Assembly (NCBI GenBank): GCA_043228905.1
Contig: JBHGNT010000002.1
Coordinates: 10,168,001 to 10,232,000 of the forward strand
Reading direction: 5' to 3'
Source: Azolla caroliniana
Lineage: Eukaryota > Plantae > Polypodiophyta
DNA: 64,000 nt
Positions 24,101-37,302 of the stretch are shown here, piece by piece. Numbering within the stretch: the stretch's first letter is position 1; each line of letters starts with the position of its first letter. The notes beneath the pieces were generated by a model, which was not told the origin of the DNA, searched no databases, and saw nothing but the letters and a program-made list of their open reading frames with translations. The position numbers were made by a program, and so were the translations under genes.

Positions 24101-25114
24101 AAACACAATACCTCCATAGATCAGAAACGGATGCATAAGTCATGTTTCGTGCATTACACCTATTATCCTCCCCATTCGGTCTACAAACCTCACAAGTGCA
24201 AACACATAATTCCCCGTGTATACCCTTAGAATCAGTACGCATTGCATTCACTCGAAGCCTTAACATGTCCATCTTCACGTGGTACACACAACAACATGTA
24301 TTCCTCTCATTTAATTCTCTAACATAATATGGTCTCAAACCTTGGAACTTGCGGAATCCAACAGTCAAGCTTGGATGTTGGTCTTTAAAGTTCATGTACA
24401 ATTCAGCCTACATCAACCATTATATATAGCAAACATTAATATACACTTGGTCAAAACAAAAATTTATGGAATGTGAATTGATATAAAAAAATGCAATACC
24501 TTCATCATCTCCAAGAAGTGTCTAGGGTGAATCTGGTACTTACCCTGACCTATTCGTTGTCTACACGCATCCTTCTTATTTGGTGAGACACGCGTATTTT
24601 TTGCCCAAAATGAATCCACTTTCTCAATAATCTCTTGAGATAAGGCATCGCATCGTCGTCTACGTCCCAACCCCAGCCACTTGAATTGGCTTGAGTGTAT
24701 ATTTCGACAATGTTTCCTCAAGTTCCTTCTTTGAATACCCAGGGCTAAGGCAACTTTAGTATCACTATATTTTTTTTCTCTCGCACCGTTCACAACCATG
24801 TGTAGGGTTTCCCTCTTTGCAGCAAGTTTGTCTATGCTCTCTACACCTTTCACTAAGTCTAGGGATGACTTCATAGACTCTACAATCTCTTCTGAAACAC
24901 ATTGGTCCCTAAATTTTATTCTCCCCAAACGTTGATGGTGTAACACTCTACATATAATATCCCTACGATCCTCTTCACCAAATCTCTTCGTTATTTCTAC
25001 CAAATAACGGACTATGTGAAGAACCACTTGTCTCTTGTTCCTTTCAGATATACGTGAGTTACTTGACAACTCACTCTCGTTGGGGATCCCCATTTGGTCA
25101 CTAGATTTATCCAA
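21190..25114 (-). pseudogene. Sola2-like transposase of element B (main part, with introns)
   Basis: Motifs RVSPNKKD, TCCCVYH, VIDFAENY, WFDGAASQFK and WNYFGSGHGKGEHDGAG. Introns 24408-24499 and ~21760-23518; an internal deletion/frameshift near 23690; true start uncertain. Confidence 0.88.
21790..23350. repeat. ~120-bp tandem satellite (with ~240-bp dimer structure) inside a transposase intron
   Basis: About 12 units of TACTTTACATCCTTCAATAAATACTGATTTAGTACAGATACAACAC...; the core alternates CAATATAGGACAG and TAAGGACGGACAA variants. Confidence 0.93.
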
Positions 25115-25334
25115 AAAAATTAAGTGTCTAGCGAGAGTAGTGAATGTTATATAGAGTACACTAAGAAATCACAATCAAATGTTTTTAAATGCGGCCTGCA
25201 AAGTGAGAAATAATTCGTTTTGGACATTAGAATTATGGATCAAAGATGACAATTAGCATTTCTTTATTCACAAATTTTTAAAAAGGAAAAAATTTAGTAC
25301 TGAAAATGAAAAAATAGTTATGAAATTTAGTGTT

Positions 25335-25545
25335 GGAAAGGAACCTCCAATGGTGGAGGGAGCATTGAATCTGTGTGATATGCCGCCTCGATTTGGTGGA
25401 AGGAACCTCCAATGGTGGAGGGAGCGTTAAATCTGTGTGATATACCGCCTCGATTTGGTGGAATGAACCTCCAATGGTGGAGGGAGCCTTGAATCTATGT
25501 GATATGCTGCCTTGATTCGGTGGAAGGATCCTCGCCTCGGTGGAA
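25335..25545. repeat. ~62-bp tandem repeat upstream of the element B transposase
   Basis: Three-plus copies of GGAAGGAACCTCCAATGGTGGAGGGAGC...GCCTCGATTTGGT. Confidence 0.85.
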
Positions 25546-26095
25546 AAAGCCTCAAATCACCGCGAGATAAACTGCAATCGGTGGAAGAAGCAAGAAAATC
25601 ATTCTCGAAGAAGTCACTATTGGCTGTTATAAGAGGCCTCAGAACAGTCTCTAATCCTCAGCTCAAACCCTAACAAAACAAGAAATCCTCAACTCAAAAC
25701 CAGAAACCTGACATGGATGTCTAAGATATGCTCCCTAAACCCTAACAAACCTCTTACATTGGAGGAAAACCAGAAACCTGATATGGATGTCTGAGATGAA
25801 GAGCTCAGAGGGATAGAGGAAGAGGAGTAAGAGGAGTTGGTTTGAGGGGAAGTGCCAAAAACGACGTGAGGGGAAAATAGCCCCCAAAATGGAAAGAACA
25901 TCTCCTCACGTGTTCCCCCCACTCCTTGTCTTAAATGATACTTGTACTACACTCACCTCACTCCCCAAAATCGATTTTCTTTTTCTCTGATTTTTTTTCT
26001 CAATTATTTAGTACTAACAGTATCGAAAGGACTAACATTTTTTGTGGCCAAAAACAGTACTTTTCTGGTACACCGTAGCGTGCTTCCACCCTACT

Positions 26096-29000
26096 CCCAA
26101 TTCTGAATATATGTTTTGTTTAAACAATACCTCAAATTTCCTTGCACACAATGGAAGCAAAAACAAGTTAATTCTCTAACCGCAATACAATGACCATCCA
26201 ACCTAGAATAACCACGAACAGCATGGAGAGATCGCAATTCGGGAATTCCTTGGCACTCCTATTTACTTCATCTATCTTCACTTCCCAAAATCCACGTTTG
26301 ATATCTTGGACCTGCGAGGAATAAACACCAATTGCACTCGTTGACATATTAGCTCTTTAAAATTCAACTACATGTGTTGCACACTTCATCTGCACACCAT
26401 CTCTGCCTTTAGTTATTCATGGGTAAGTGCCCTCTTTATAACAGCACCTACACCATCATGTTCACCTTTACCATGGCCAGACCCCAAAAAAATCCATCTC
26501 ATCTCCAAACCTGTTATAACAGGATACCTCCCCACAAAATAAAATGGACGTCTAGCCTTGAATTGTGATGCAACTCCATCATACCAGACCCAATGTTGAG
26601 TAAGCTCCAAACGTTGAGCTAATAACCATTGCCAATGTAAGTTAAAACAATGTTGGAGAACAAGGTGTCATGCTTCTTATCATCAGAAATAAAAAAATGA
26701 ATTACTTTTTTAACATCACTTGAAACTCAAAAATATGTTATGTGCACAAAAATGATTACCTGCGTTGAACACCAATGCATAGATTGAATTTAATTATGCT
26801 GCTTGAAAGTATAATTCTCTGCGAAATCTACTACTGAGACTACTACATCATTTGGAAAATCAGATATGCAAGTCTTAAACTGATGGGCTTGCCATGAATA
26901 AATGAAGTTGTGTTTAATGAACTTTCCTAGAGATACTACAAATAGAGATGCCAAATCCCTTGGTTTAAGCGACTTCCTAACTAGATCCTTTCTTTTACAC
27001 ACCTTTCCTTCGAAATTGGTGTCAACTGACTCAAATAACTTGACAAAGATTAGTATTTCACTACTCAATTCATTTGGACACCACCTAAATCTACTAGGGC
27101 CACAATCCTGACATAAACCCATGACACATTTATGATTGTGGAATATGGCCTCAGTTTCTATCGAACACAATACCGAATCTAAAAGACAACTCATGGAAGA
27201 GATAACATGCTCAGATGATTTACAGTGCTCATGCTGGCTCGATTGACAAATTCGGCACACACAAGTGCAAACTACATTTGTTAGGGAGGCGCTATGGTGA
27301 CGTAGTAGATTAACAGAGTTCTTGAGAAAACCCATTTGTACATGGTAAATGCAACAACATGTGTATCGATCCTTCAAGCGTCTCACAAAGTGTGGCTTAA
27401 GAGACTCGAATGTTCGTAGTTGAACTTTGATATTTGGATGCATTCGCCTAAACCTAATAAATAAATCGACCTGCGTAATAAAATGGACATACTTATTAGC
27501 TCTATGGCTAAGTGGTAGCTAATTAGCTACTACCATAGTTTAGTACAGTAGCTAATTAGCTACTATCAAACTTTAGTTGAGTAGTCAATTATGGTAGTAG
27601 CTAATTAGCTAATATCAAACTTTAGTTGAGTAGCTAATTAGCTAACTGGTAGCCAATTAGCTACTACCACAGTTTAATACATTAGCTACATGGTAGCTAA
27701 TTAGCTACTACCCTACTTTAGTTGAGTAGCTAATTAGCTACTACCATAGTTTAGTACAATAGCTAATTAGCTAAGTGGTAGCTAATTAGCTACTACCATA
27801 ATTTAGTACAGTAGCAAATTAGCTAAATGGTAGCTAATTAGCTATTATCAAACTTTAGTTGAGTCGCTAATTAGCTACTATCAAACATTAGTTGACTAGC
27901 TAATTAGCTAAGTGGTAGCTAATTAACTACTACCATAGTTTAGTACAGTAGCTAATTAGCTAAGTGATAGCTAATTATCTACTACTATAGTTTAATACAT
28001 TAGCTAAGTAGTAGCTAATTAGCTACTACCATACTTTAGTTGAGTAGCTAATTAGCTACTACCATAGTTTAGTACAGTAGCTAATTAGCTAAGTGGTAGC
28101 TAATTAGCTACTACCATAGTTCAGTACATTAGCTAATTAGCTAAGTGGTAGCTAATTAGCTACTACCATACTTTAGTTGAGTAGCTAATTAGCTAAGTGG
28201 TAGCTAATTAGCTACTACCATAGTTTAATACATTAGCTAAATGGTAGCTAAATAGTTTAGTACTGTAGCTAATTAGCTAAGTGGTAGGTAATTAGCTACT
28301 AGCATAGTTTAATACAATAGCTAATTAGTTAAGTGGTAGCTAATTAGCTACAACCAGAGTTTAGTACAGTAGTTAATTAGCGAAGTCGTAGCTAATTAGT
28401 TACTACGATAGTTTAGTACAATAGCTAATTAGCTAATTGGTAGCTAATTAACTACTACCATACTCCGCTAATTAGCTATTTTGATATACTTAGGGAGCTA
28501 ATTAGCTAATTGGTAGCTAATTAACTACTACCGTACTCCGCTAATTAGCTATTTTGATATACTTAGGGAGCTAAATAGCTTATACTGGTAGCTAGTTAGT
28601 TATGGGCATATTCTGAGGTAGGTAATTAGCTATTCGGTTATGGTCATATTCAGAGGTAGCTAATAAGCTAACTAACTAAGCTCAAAAGTCAAAACAAATG
28701 TTGAGATAAATGTAAATACCTAAGGTACATCAAGAAGATGAATGGGATGGTCCTCGTATTGACTCCTTCCAACACTTTTCCTGCATAAATCCTTCTTATT
28801 GGGTGAAACCCTACTCTCATTAGTCCAAACTATTGTGATTATATGCTTGATTTCTGATGTTATGGGTGTCATTGACTTACATCTTGTTGTTAGCTTTAGC
28901 AGACTAGTTCCTTCACCCGAGGAAACTATTCGGTTCAATGTATTGTACACACTTTTTCTACTAACACCAATTACCTTAGATGGCACACTGATGTTAATAT

Positions 29001-29465
29001 CGTCAACATCATTAGACTAGACCTTTTTAAGACAAGATCATCTTCTGACCTGCTCATGGATACGAAACTATTACGGAGATTATTTACTAGTACAGATGTT
29101 ATGTTTGCATTAAGACCATCACAATCAACTAACTCCTTTATCGATGGATCATTTAATATTCCATAAAGTACTACCTTCTTGTCTTCATTGCTGATGTGCT
29201 TAGTTTGAACATTGAAATAGTCTACAACCTTTCTCTCTATGATAGTAGTGTCATTACTTCCACTCTTAGTGATATTTAGACCTATATCCCAACCAATACT
29301 ATCTTTACCTTTAGTGAGTGTGGCTTTCGTATCATTCAACAATTGACGATGTTTTCTTTTTTTCTCTGCCCAATACTTTCGTATCGCTTGTTGTGTCCTA
29401 ATAGCGTCATCCCTATCCTGATGATGATTGAGGGGTAATTCTAAACACCCTCCTTACCCTTCCAT
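26096..29465 (-). pseudogene. Sola2-like transposase of element A (main part)
   Basis: Motifs RVSPNKKD, TCCCIYH, VVDFAENY, WYDGVASQFK and GSGHGKGEHDGVG. Intron 27471-28719 (GT...CAG). Several stops and frameshifts. Confidence 0.88.
27497..28680. repeat. TAGCTAATTAGCTA satellite filling the element A transposase intron
   Basis: Dense palindromic units between donor 28719 and acceptor 27471. Confidence 0.93.
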
Positions 29466-29599
29466 TTGGCTTGACGGGTTTAAACCCTAATTTTCCCTAA
29501 AAAAAGACACGTATTAAAGATGGCTATGGGCAACAACTATACACAAAAATATTCCGCAATACACAAGATTATACAGAAAAATACACAAGATAATCAATA

Positions 29600-30490
29600 G
29601 ACAGAATAGTTATTCAAATCCAAGACCGAAGAATGGCAGTAATCTAGGGCCGAATAGTGGCGGCAACTGAGTGTAGAATGGCGGTAGAGGAGTGAACTCC
29701 GTTTGATTGAACAGTTTTGACAATCCAAGACCGAACAATGGCAGCAACTGAGTGTAGAAGGATGGAAATGGAGGAGTGAATTCTGTCGGATCGAATAGTG
29801 GCAGATGGTGCTTGGAACACACAGTGACGACAACTAAGAGTAGAATGGCAACAATGGAGAAGGAGTGAACTCCTTCAGATCGAAAAGTGGTTGCAATACA
29901 CCACCGAACAATAGCGGCAACTAAGTGTAGAATGATGGCAATGGATGAGTGAACTCCGCCAAATCGAACAATGGCAAATGATGCTTGGAACGCACAATGA
30001 CGACAACTGAGAGTACAATGGCGGCAGTGGAGAAGGAGTGAACTCCCTTAGATCGAAAAGTGGCAACAATACACGACCGAACAGTAGCGGCAACTAAGTG
30101 TAGAATGATGGAAATGGATGACTGAACTCCGTCAAATCGAAAAGTGGCAGCAATCCAAGACCGGTCACCGCATAGTAGCGGCAATTGAGTGTAGAATGAT
30201 GGCAATGGAGGAGTCAACTTCGTCTGATCGAACAGTGGTAGATGATGCTTGGAATGCACAATGATGGCAACTGAGAGTAGAATGGCGACAGTGGAGAAGG
30301 AGTTAACTCCGTCGGATCGAAAAGTGGCAGCAATATACGACCTTCACAGTAGCGGCAACTAAGTGTACAGTGGCGGCAATGGAGGAGTGAACTCCGTCAG
30401 ATCGATCAATGGCAGATGATACTTGGACCACTTAGTGTCGGTAACTAAGTATAGAATGGCGGTTATGGAGGAGTGGACTCAATAGGGTTT
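29600..30490. repeat. ~80-bp degenerate tandem repeat with ~240-bp higher-order structure, upstream of the element A transposase
   Basis: About 11 units of GGAGGAGTGAACTCCGTCAGATCGAA...GCGGCAACTGAGTGTAGAATG. Confidence 0.85.
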
Positions 30491-30786
30491 AGCAACAGTG
30501 GTAGTAATCTAAGCCAGAATACTCAACCAAAGATGGCCCACATGATGTGGCAAAGGATCATGCATAATGGACCTAGGAATTCGGTATATAATTTATGGTA
30601 CACATTTATAGTGCACATATCAATTTATGTTGCACGTTTATGTTGCACATTTATGGTTCTCATAAAATCTCTACTATTTTCAATGGTAGCTTTTTGCATA
30701 GCTAATTTATTAATGGTAGCTTTTTGCATAGCTAATTAGCTATGTCAAGGACATAGCTAATTGTTTCCACTCGCATGCTTTCACCC

Positions 30787-33700
30787 ATCAGGCTTGGTAT
30801 ATGATGCTCTTGTAGTTCACATAGCATTTCCAACTTCTTGCTCACTTAGTCATTCATGTACTTGTAGTCACAAGCTAGGAATCTGGAACTTTATCGGCAT
30901 GACCGCTTCGATGCCAACGGCCAACTAAAATGGTGTCGACCGTTGAGCCTCGTCTTATACGTTGTTCGTTAAGCCCACAGAGCACTATTTAACTTCGTAT
31001 CCTAGTCTGTCTGGTTCTCGTTCAGGATTCTCCATAATATTTTCTGAAGCGTTTTATTGGTCGATTTCGCTAGTCTGTTTGCTTGGGGGTAATAAGGCAT
31101 ACTCTTTTTATGTATGACGGCGTAGAATGTCATCAAAATTTCAACCATTTGACCGATGAAGTGTCCCCCTTGGTCACTTATGAGCTCAATCGGACAGCCA
31201 TACCGGGACCATATGTACTCATACAAAAACTTTGTTGTGGACGCCGCGGTATTGTCTCGGAGCACCTTTGCCTCCACCCACTTAGTGCAATAGTCTATTG
31301 CAATGATACTACTACATCTGTTTCTGTTACGCATAGCTACTAGTTTGAAGGGTCCGAGGAAATCCAACCCCCATTTCTAGAATGGTTCTAATGGAAGCAC
31401 CGGTTGATGAGGCATTTGCATATGATCCATCGGTTGCCCCATTCGTTGGCATGGATCACACTCTTTACAGTACCGTACCGAATCTTTGAGGGTGATCAGC
31501 CACCACAATTCGCTTCGCCATATTTTCCAGGCGGTTGCGTCTTCGGCATAGTGCCCTTCGGCTACTCCGCAATGTGCTTCGTGTAGGACTACCTCCTGTT
31601 CGTCGCTACGGACCGCTCATCTCCATACTCTGTCGGCTCCCTTGCGATATAGAGTGTCCTGTAACATACAAAAATGCCACCTCTGCACCGCTAGTCCTTT
31701 CCGCTCATCCCTGCTCAGCTCCTCCGGTGGTAGTTTGGTACTCAAGACCTGGTGCATATCCGTCCTCCACTTATCCTCAACGGCTACCGATTCATCCGTT
31801 ACAGCCTCTGCAATAATTTTAAATATCTGCACATCCAAAAATTCATCGCGTACACCATCACCGGACTCACCGGATTCTAACCTGCTCAAGTAGTCGGTGA
31901 CAACATACTGCACTCTGGGTCGATGGTAGATATCGAATTCAAATTCATGCAACAGTAAGGTCCATCTGGCTAACTTCCTGGTGAGTGATGCTTTCGACAC
32001 AAGATATACTAGTGTGGAATGGTCAACGTGGAATGAGAACTTCTAGCCCAGTAGATAGCGCCAATACTTTGTCACACTATACACCATTCCTAAGGCTTCC
32101 CGTTCTGTCGTAGAATAATTCCGTTTGGCCTTGGAGACCTTCTAGCTTGCATAGTATTCCAGTCGATACCACTTCGGGTCCAACAGTTGCATTAATATGC
32201 TACCGATGGCCACATCCGACGCATCCACAAATACATGAAAATCTTTGGACCAATCAGGTGGTTGTACCACCAGAGCTGTTGATAGCATTACCTTGAGAGC
32301 CTGATAAGCTTTATACTCTTGCTCCATCCACTAAAAAGGTAGTCTTTGTACCACGGTGTGCAATGGGCTAGCAAAATTCATTGAATACCATAGTGTTGAG
32401 AACAGTGTGGAATATAGCTCGGCAACAACCGAGTCTTGAATCACTTCAAAAGAGAATGAAATACAGAAATGGGAAATGGAGAGTACACATGATGTTTACG
32501 TGCAAAACCCTAATAGGGAAAAACCATGGGAGCCCACAGACTATCACAATATGAGAAAGGTACAATCAAAGCCTCGGAGGCAACGAGCTCGAGCTCTGTA
32601 TCTTCGCCAACCAACGGTTACAACAGACTATCACTCTGTATCTCACACACACTCTCTCTGTTGCTTACTATACAATAGTTACAACAACAACACAACAACT
32701 GTATAAAGTGATTGCCCTAACTCATATTTATACTTATATGAACTTAGGGCTATTTACAAATATAGCCTCAATGGACTTACTTAGAAAACATATTTACATA
32801 TATGTCTTCTCTTCCAGTTCTCACCGGCTCTCTTCCAGTTTTCGGATTTCTTCTGGTTCTCTCCGGGTCCTCTTTATTCATCACCGGATCCCATCCGGAG
32901 GGACCGATTTCCCAACAAACTCCCCCTTCACTCCGGCATGGGATGTCTCGTCAGCTCAATCCGCTTTCACAATGCGGCCAACTTGTCAGTTGTCAACACC
33001 TTGGTCAGCATATCCGACCTGTTCTCCTCCATGTGGATCTTCGTCAGCACGAACTCTTGATCTTCTACTCTCTCCCGGATCTAGTGGTAGCTCCGCTGGA
33101 TATGTTTCATCCGGGAATGGTAGGTCGCATTCTTTGCAAGGTGGATGGCACTTTGGCTATCACAGTAGAGCCGGTATTCCTCCTGTTGGATCCCTAGGTC
33201 TCTGATGAAGTTCTTCATCCAGATTATCTCCTTGCCGGCTTCCACAGCTGCCATGTACTTCGCCTGTATGGTTGACAACGCAACCATCTTTTGCAGCCTC
33301 GACTGCCACGAAACAGCTGCGCCTGCATAAGTGATGACATATCCGAACGTAGACCGGCTGGTATCCGCATTAGCCGACATATCCGAATCCTTGAAACCAT
33401 CCAGTTGGGGTTTTCCGGAGCCAAACCGGAGGCACATACTCGAGGTGCCTTTCAGATACCGGAGTATCCACTTGACCGCGTTCCACTGCTCTCTTTCGGG
33501 ATTGCTCATGAACCGGCTCACCACTCTGATTGCATATCCGATATTCGGTCGGGTACATACCATCGTGTACATCAAGCTCCCGATGGCAGAAGCATATGGT
33601 ATCTTCATCATATCCATCTTATCCGCCTTTGTCCTCGGGCTTTGTTTCCCAGATAGCTTGCAGTTTGCCGAAAGTGTCTATCCGACCGGTTTCGCCTCCT

Positions 33701-36700
33701 GTGATAACCACAACAACTTCTTCGACCGGTCCCAAATGATGTGCATTCCCAAAAATTGTTTTGTTGGCATGCACATAAGCGAGACATCTGAATACCTTTA
33801 GATGCCGGTAGGATACGTGCTTACCGGTCCATACTCTTTGCGGTGTGTCTCCGTCCAAGGGTATTGAGGGTGATCTGTTTATCACATAGGTCGCCATCGT
33901 CAACGCCTCAGCCCAAAACTTCTTGGGTAACTTGGCATGTGCAAGCATGCTCCAAACTCTCTCCATTATGGTTTGGTTCATCCGTTGAGCCAGCCTGTTC
34001 AATTCTAGCGTCTTTGGCACGGTGAACTGGAGTCGGATTCCCTTCGACTGGTAGTACTCCTCGACTTGCCCCCGGTATTCTCCTCCATTTTCCGCTCGAA
34101 CTGCCTTTAGCTTCCGGCCAATTTCTCTTTTCACTCTCGCGTGGTGCTCCTTGAAGACGGATAGCACCTAATCCTTCGTATTCAACGATGAGACCCACAA
34201 CTTCTGGCTATGGTCATCTATGAATGTCACGAAGTACTGCGATCCAGCATGTGACTTCGTGTCCACTTGACACACATCGGTATGCACCAACTCCAGTGGT
34301 GCATTCCATCTCATCGGTGGTCTTGTCCGGAAGGAGGTTCGGTTTTGCTTTCCGGCCAAGCAATCGGTGCACTTCTCAGGTTGCACGTCCTTCACCGGAA
34401 TGAGATTGTCTTCCGCATGTTTCTTCATCCCCTTCTGGCTTATATGACACAGCTCACCGGCAGTGTCGGATGCTACATTCACTTCTTCCCGGTGTATCAG
34501 GGCATTCATCAAGTACAATGTGTTGACCATCAGGGCTCGTGCCACTATTAGGCTCCCTTTGTTGAACTTCATAACTCCGTTCTAGATGCTACCCGTGTAG
34601 CCTTCATCATCTAGCCGACCATGTGATATCAGATTAAGTCGAACCTCCGGAACGTGTCGGACATCCTTCAACATCAACTTGCATCCGGTTGATGTCATCA
34701 GCAACACATTTCCTATGCCAAAAATTCGGCATGTACCTTCATTCCCCATCCGGACACAACCATGATCACCGGTTGTGTAGGATGAGAAGAATTTCCGATC
34801 CGATGTCAGGTGGAACGACACTCCAGAGTCGACAACCCACATTTTCTCGTCGCTGACAAGGTTTAACTCATTCTCCTCGGTAATGAGCATCATTTCCTCT
34901 TCACTTGTCGCGATTGCCGACGTTCCTCTCCGATCTAGGCCTCTCTGGTCCGAACCGTTTCGGTCTGAACTCTTCTTTGAATCGGTGGTGCCAGTTTCTT
35001 TCTCTTTCCGGAAATGCCGACAGTTCTTCTGGAAGTACCCCGGCTTCCCACAGTAGAAGCAAGTAGGCCTCCTCCTTGACTTCGACCTCATCCCTGACTT
35101 GTCCCGTTTTTGGGGACTCTGACATCGGCCTCTTCCCCGGTTGTGGTCATCTTCCGCGACCAAGGCCTTCGAATCGGTTTCGGACTCTCGGTCCTTCCAA
35201 TGAGGTTCTTCATCTAGCAAGCTTGATTTTACCCTTGCAAGGGATAACTGCTTTTTTTCCGGCCCGACATTGCCCAACGTGACAACTAGCGTCTCCCAAC
35301 TATCCGTGAGGGAACCGAGTAGGAGTAATGGAAGTACCCCATCGGCAAGAGGTACTTCCAATGAGGTTGCCTAGTCGCTCAATCCCTGGAAGGCATTCAT
35401 GTGCTCCACCATACGGAAGTTGTCCTGGTACCGGAGCCTCACTAGCTTCCGGAATACCGAAACCCGATTAACAACATTCTTGTTCTGGAACATGATGCTG
35501 ATCTTCTTCCAGAGTTCATGAGCCTTGCTCTCTTCATTGAAGTTGTTGTATAGGCTCATGTCGATGAAGCACTGGATGTATGTCTTTGTCTTCATGTGCA
35601 TCACCTCCCACACTGTGGCGTCGATCTTGTCTAGTCTCTTGTCCCCGAACTAAACCGGCAACCAAAGATCTTTAACCACTAGCATATCCCTCATCTTCAA
35701 CTTCCACATTGAGTAGTTGGAGTCGATGAGCTTGAACATGCCGCCGAATGATTCTTCCATTTCCTGTGTTGTTCGCTCTGATATCAGTTTGTTGAGAACA
35801 GTGCAGAATATAGCTCGGCCACAACCGAGTCTTGAATCACGTTGAATCATAGAAATGGGAAATGGAGAGTACACAAGGAAATACACATGATGTTTACGTG
35901 GAAAACCCTAATAGGGAAAAACCACGGGAGCCCACAGACACCAAACTATCACAATATGAGGAAGGTACAATCAAAGCCTCGGAGGCAACGGCGTCGAGTT
36001 TTGTATCTTCGCCAACCGGCGGTTACAAGAGAGTATCACTCTGTATCTCACACACTCTCTCTCTATCGCTTATTGTACAACAGTTACAAAAACACAACAA
36101 CTATATAAAGTGATTGCCCTAAGTCATATTTATACTTATATGAACTTAGGGCTATTTACAAATATAGCCTCAATAGGCTTACTCAGAAAACATATTTACA
36201 TATATGTCTTCTCTTCTAGTTCTCACCGGCTCTCTTCCAGTTCTAACCGGATCTCCTCCGGTTTCCGGATTTCTCTCCGGGTCCTCTTTATTCATCACCG
36301 GATCCCATTCGAAGGGACCGATTTCCCAACATAGAGCATCCCACTATGCCACCGCATTTGCCCAAGAAATCGGGTCAAGGCTTTAGCATTCATCGGCGCC
36401 AGTGCTTGTAGGATCGCTTTGACCTTATCCAGATTGTCCATAATTCCTTCCTTGCTAACGATATGCCCTAACAATGCTCCGCTCGTGACCCAAAACACAA
36501 ACTTGGCTAGATTCAAACTTAATCGGGCATTCCGACATCTTTCTAGACACATCCGAAGATGGTCCAAATGTTCCATCCTCTGGCTTTACACAGCAAAGTC
36601 ATCCATGAAGACCTACATGAAAGTCGGGATTTACTCCCCGAAGATCTCCATTATAATGCGTTGGAACATCACAGGTGTCGTTTTCAATCCAAACATCATC

Positions 36701-37302
36701 ACCATGGCCACAAAAACTCCCCAGTCCATTACAAATGTCGTCTTCTCTTGATCATCCAAATGCACCCGGATCTGGTTATATGCGCTAAATCCATTGAGGA
36801 AACTATACACCTCATGTCCAGCTACGACATCAAGTACTCCGTCCGTAAAAGTGAGCATAAATGCATCCGTGACCGTAGCTGCATTCAATATCTGATAATC
36901 GATGCATAACCGGATTTTTCCTTTCCTCTTGGGTACTACGACGATCGGACTTAGCCACGTAGCCTGCTACATCCACCTTGAATAGTGGCACTATCTTGGG
37001 ATTTTCTTCCAAATATTGGTTCACCTCCTCATCGGCCAGACCGTCCAACATATTAATACCTTTGGCATATAATGGCATTAGTTGTTTCCTTGTACCAACC
37101 TATTCTTGTGTTGATACCGGTACCTTGGTCCTGCCATGCCGAGATCCGGAACGTGTGTCCTCCAATCGTGATGTCAAGGTTCCGGATCAGTCTGATTGGC
37201 CGTACCGAACTTGTGTCCACCATTTGCAACTAGAATGGGCATGACTCCCATTCCTGAAACCTAACGTTTCACATGTTCTTCGGGTGATTACATCTACTCC
37301 GG
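30787..37302 (-). mobile_element. Degenerate Ty3/gypsy pol (RT 36332-36960, RNase H ~31600-32390, integrase 30787-31450), interrupted by a copia element
   Basis: MMFGLK, FHVFVDASD, LARWTLLLHEFEFDIYHRP, AIDYCTKWVEA and ISDQGGHF in RT-RH-INT order; many stops. Confidence 0.9.
32394..36331 (-). mobile_element. Ty1/copia element with two LTRs (32394-32917, 35790-36331) and an internal deletion of most of RT
   Basis: TG...CA LTR pair; tRNA-iMet-type PBS (TGATATCAGAGC) at ~35775-35786; PPT at ~32918-32930; gag CFYCGKPG, protease WVVDSG, integrase and RNase H (YCDSQSAIHL). Confidence 0.95.

Larger units (their letters stand above)
4458..26091 (-). mobile_element. Sola2-like DNA transposon B, 21.6 kb including nested insertions (~11.4 kb without them)
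   Basis: 26-bp TIRs at 4458-4483 and 26066-26091 (23/26 match, GGGTGGAAGCACGCTACGGTGTACCA). 4-bp TSD TACT at 4454-4457 and 26092-26095. Excision restores the interrupted ORF. Confidence 0.93.
1350..30786 (-). mobile_element. Sola2-like DNA transposon A (outer; left end lies outside the window)
   Basis: Right terminus (reverse complement GGGTGAAAGCATGC) resembles the element B TIR (GGGTGGAAGCACGC). It ends at 30786 next to gypsy integrase sequence. The transposase is split by element B, and the same satellite occurs in both halves. Confidence 0.75.
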
